A stretch of 64,000 nucleotides of DNA from an uncultured Acidimicrobiaceae bacterium. GTDB lineage: Bacteria > Actinomycetota > Acidimicrobiia > Acidimicrobiales > RAAP-2. The notes below the pieces were generated by a model that did no database searches, was not told the DNA's origin, and was given only the letters and a program-made list of their open reading frames with translations. Where the stretch lies: positions 189,665-253,664 of the forward strand of contig CAWEKO010000002.1 of NCBI GenBank assembly GCA_963809715.1. The letters are read 5' to 3'. Positions 63,238 to 64,000 of the stretch are shown here, piece after piece. Position numbers and translations under genes: made by a program. Every line of letters starts with the position of its first letter. Position 1 is the stretch's first letter.

Positions 63238-64000
63238 ATGTCCCTGATAGCCCTGAGGGGGGCTGCGTGGGACCATGGAGGCATCGCCGAGGTGCCCGAT
63301 CCCGACACGCGACCACTCGAGGAGGGTGGCCGCCCGACCCCGCCGTGGTCGGGCGCGTCCGGGAACGGATGGCGGGACTACGGCCGCACCGACTGGTCCG
63401 AGGAGTACACGTGGGTCGGCCGCCGGCACCGCCATCACCACCCCGGCCCTCATCACCTCGCCCGCCGCCTGAAGGGCTTGCGACGCAATCCGGACAACCG
63501 GGTGCTCGGCGGTGTCTGCGGCGCCCTGTCCGAGTCCTTCGGGGTGGACGTGACCTGGGTGCGCATCGGCGTCGTCGTGATGTCCCTCTTCACCGGCGTC
63601 GCGGTTCTGCCCTACGCCATGGCCTGGCTCCTGATCCCCATGCGCGGCGAGGACACGAGCATCTTCCGCCGCGCCGTCAACGACCGCGCCGGTGTTCGCC
63701 TGCTCATCGCGCTCATCCCGGTGCTCATCGTGGTCCAGCTCGTCGTGAGCTCCCTGCGCCTCGGCTTCCTCGGGTTGATCGGCTGGCCGAGCATCCTGGC
63801 CGTCGGCATCGGCGTCCTCATCTGGCGCAACGCAGGGGAGTCCGAGCGCACCTTCCTGCACGACGACATCGTGCCGCTCGTCGCCCAGGACACCGAGGGG
63901 CGGGGCCGCCGCGTCATCGTGATCCGGGTCGCACTCGGTGTGCTCGTCGGGCTGGGCGGCCTCGCCCTGATCGTCATGGACAACCGCTACACCACGGCCG
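63238..64000 (+). CDS. PspC domain multi-pass membrane protein (3' end outside window)
   Basis: Not in the ORF track because there is no stop inside the window. The frame is open from 63178, and ATG 63238 is the first start. LRRNPDNRVLGGVCGALSESFGVDVTWVRIGVVVMSLFTGVAVLPYAMAWLLIP is followed by further TM helices. Confidence 0.65.
   Translation, partial: MSLIALRGAAWDHGGIAEVPDPDTRPLEEGGRPTPPWSGASGNGWRDYGRTDWSEEYTWVGRRHRHHHPGPHHLARRLKGLRRNPDNRVLGGVCGALSESFGVDVTWVRIGVVVMSLFTGVAVLPYAMAWLLIPMRGEDTSIFRRAVNDRAGVRLLIALIPVLIVVQLVVSSLRLGFLGLIGWPSILAVGIGVLIWRNAGESERTFLHDDIVPLVAQDTEGRGRRVIVIRVALGVLVGLGGLALIVMDNRYTTA

Noticed and set aside
1-64000. Mobile genetic element or prophage content
   Set aside because: I recognised no transposase, integrase, recombinase, phage structural gene, tRNA attachment site or terminal inverted repeats. 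The compositional step is therefore reported only as an observation.

Overview
High-GC, Actinomycetota-like chromosomal window with about 60 protein genes. I recognised no rRNA, tRNA, CRISPR array, transposase or integrase by eye. Contents in order:
- 1-8.7 kb: zwf, pirin and a small-molecule detox array.
- 8.8-13.7 kb: a cytoplasmic GT4 / unknown / GH130-like / GT4 glycan operon.
- 14.5-19.9 kb: hydrolase, CYTH-CHAD, membrane proteins and an aquaporin remnant.
- 19.9-22.8 kb: a UvrD-like helicase with an HRDC domain.
- 23.35-26.34 kb: a translationally coupled ACAD-like / PIG-L deacetylase / NodS-like methyltransferase / GT2 operon. This is my best candidate for an undescribed pathway.
- 27.9-35.2 kb: a lower-GC stress block with DoxX, a SigB/F-type sigma factor, a DksA-like protein and a DUF1801 protein carrying a perfect 27-bp tandem repeat.
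- 35.2-64 kb: a very high-GC block. It holds an S8 protease ending in 14 GSAWN repeats, a twice-frameshifted GGDEF-EAL gene, an orphan B12-binding domain, a fused EtfB-EtfA, MFS, GGT, a class III ADH, LLM / amidohydrolase / thiolase-DUF35 / AKR metabolism, an MMPL transporter and a PspC / DUF1707 / cNMP-binding envelope cluster.
Two window-wide oddities stand out: at least six disrupted genes, and a strong third-codon-position GC discontinuity. All family assignments come from motif recognition by eye, not from database searches.
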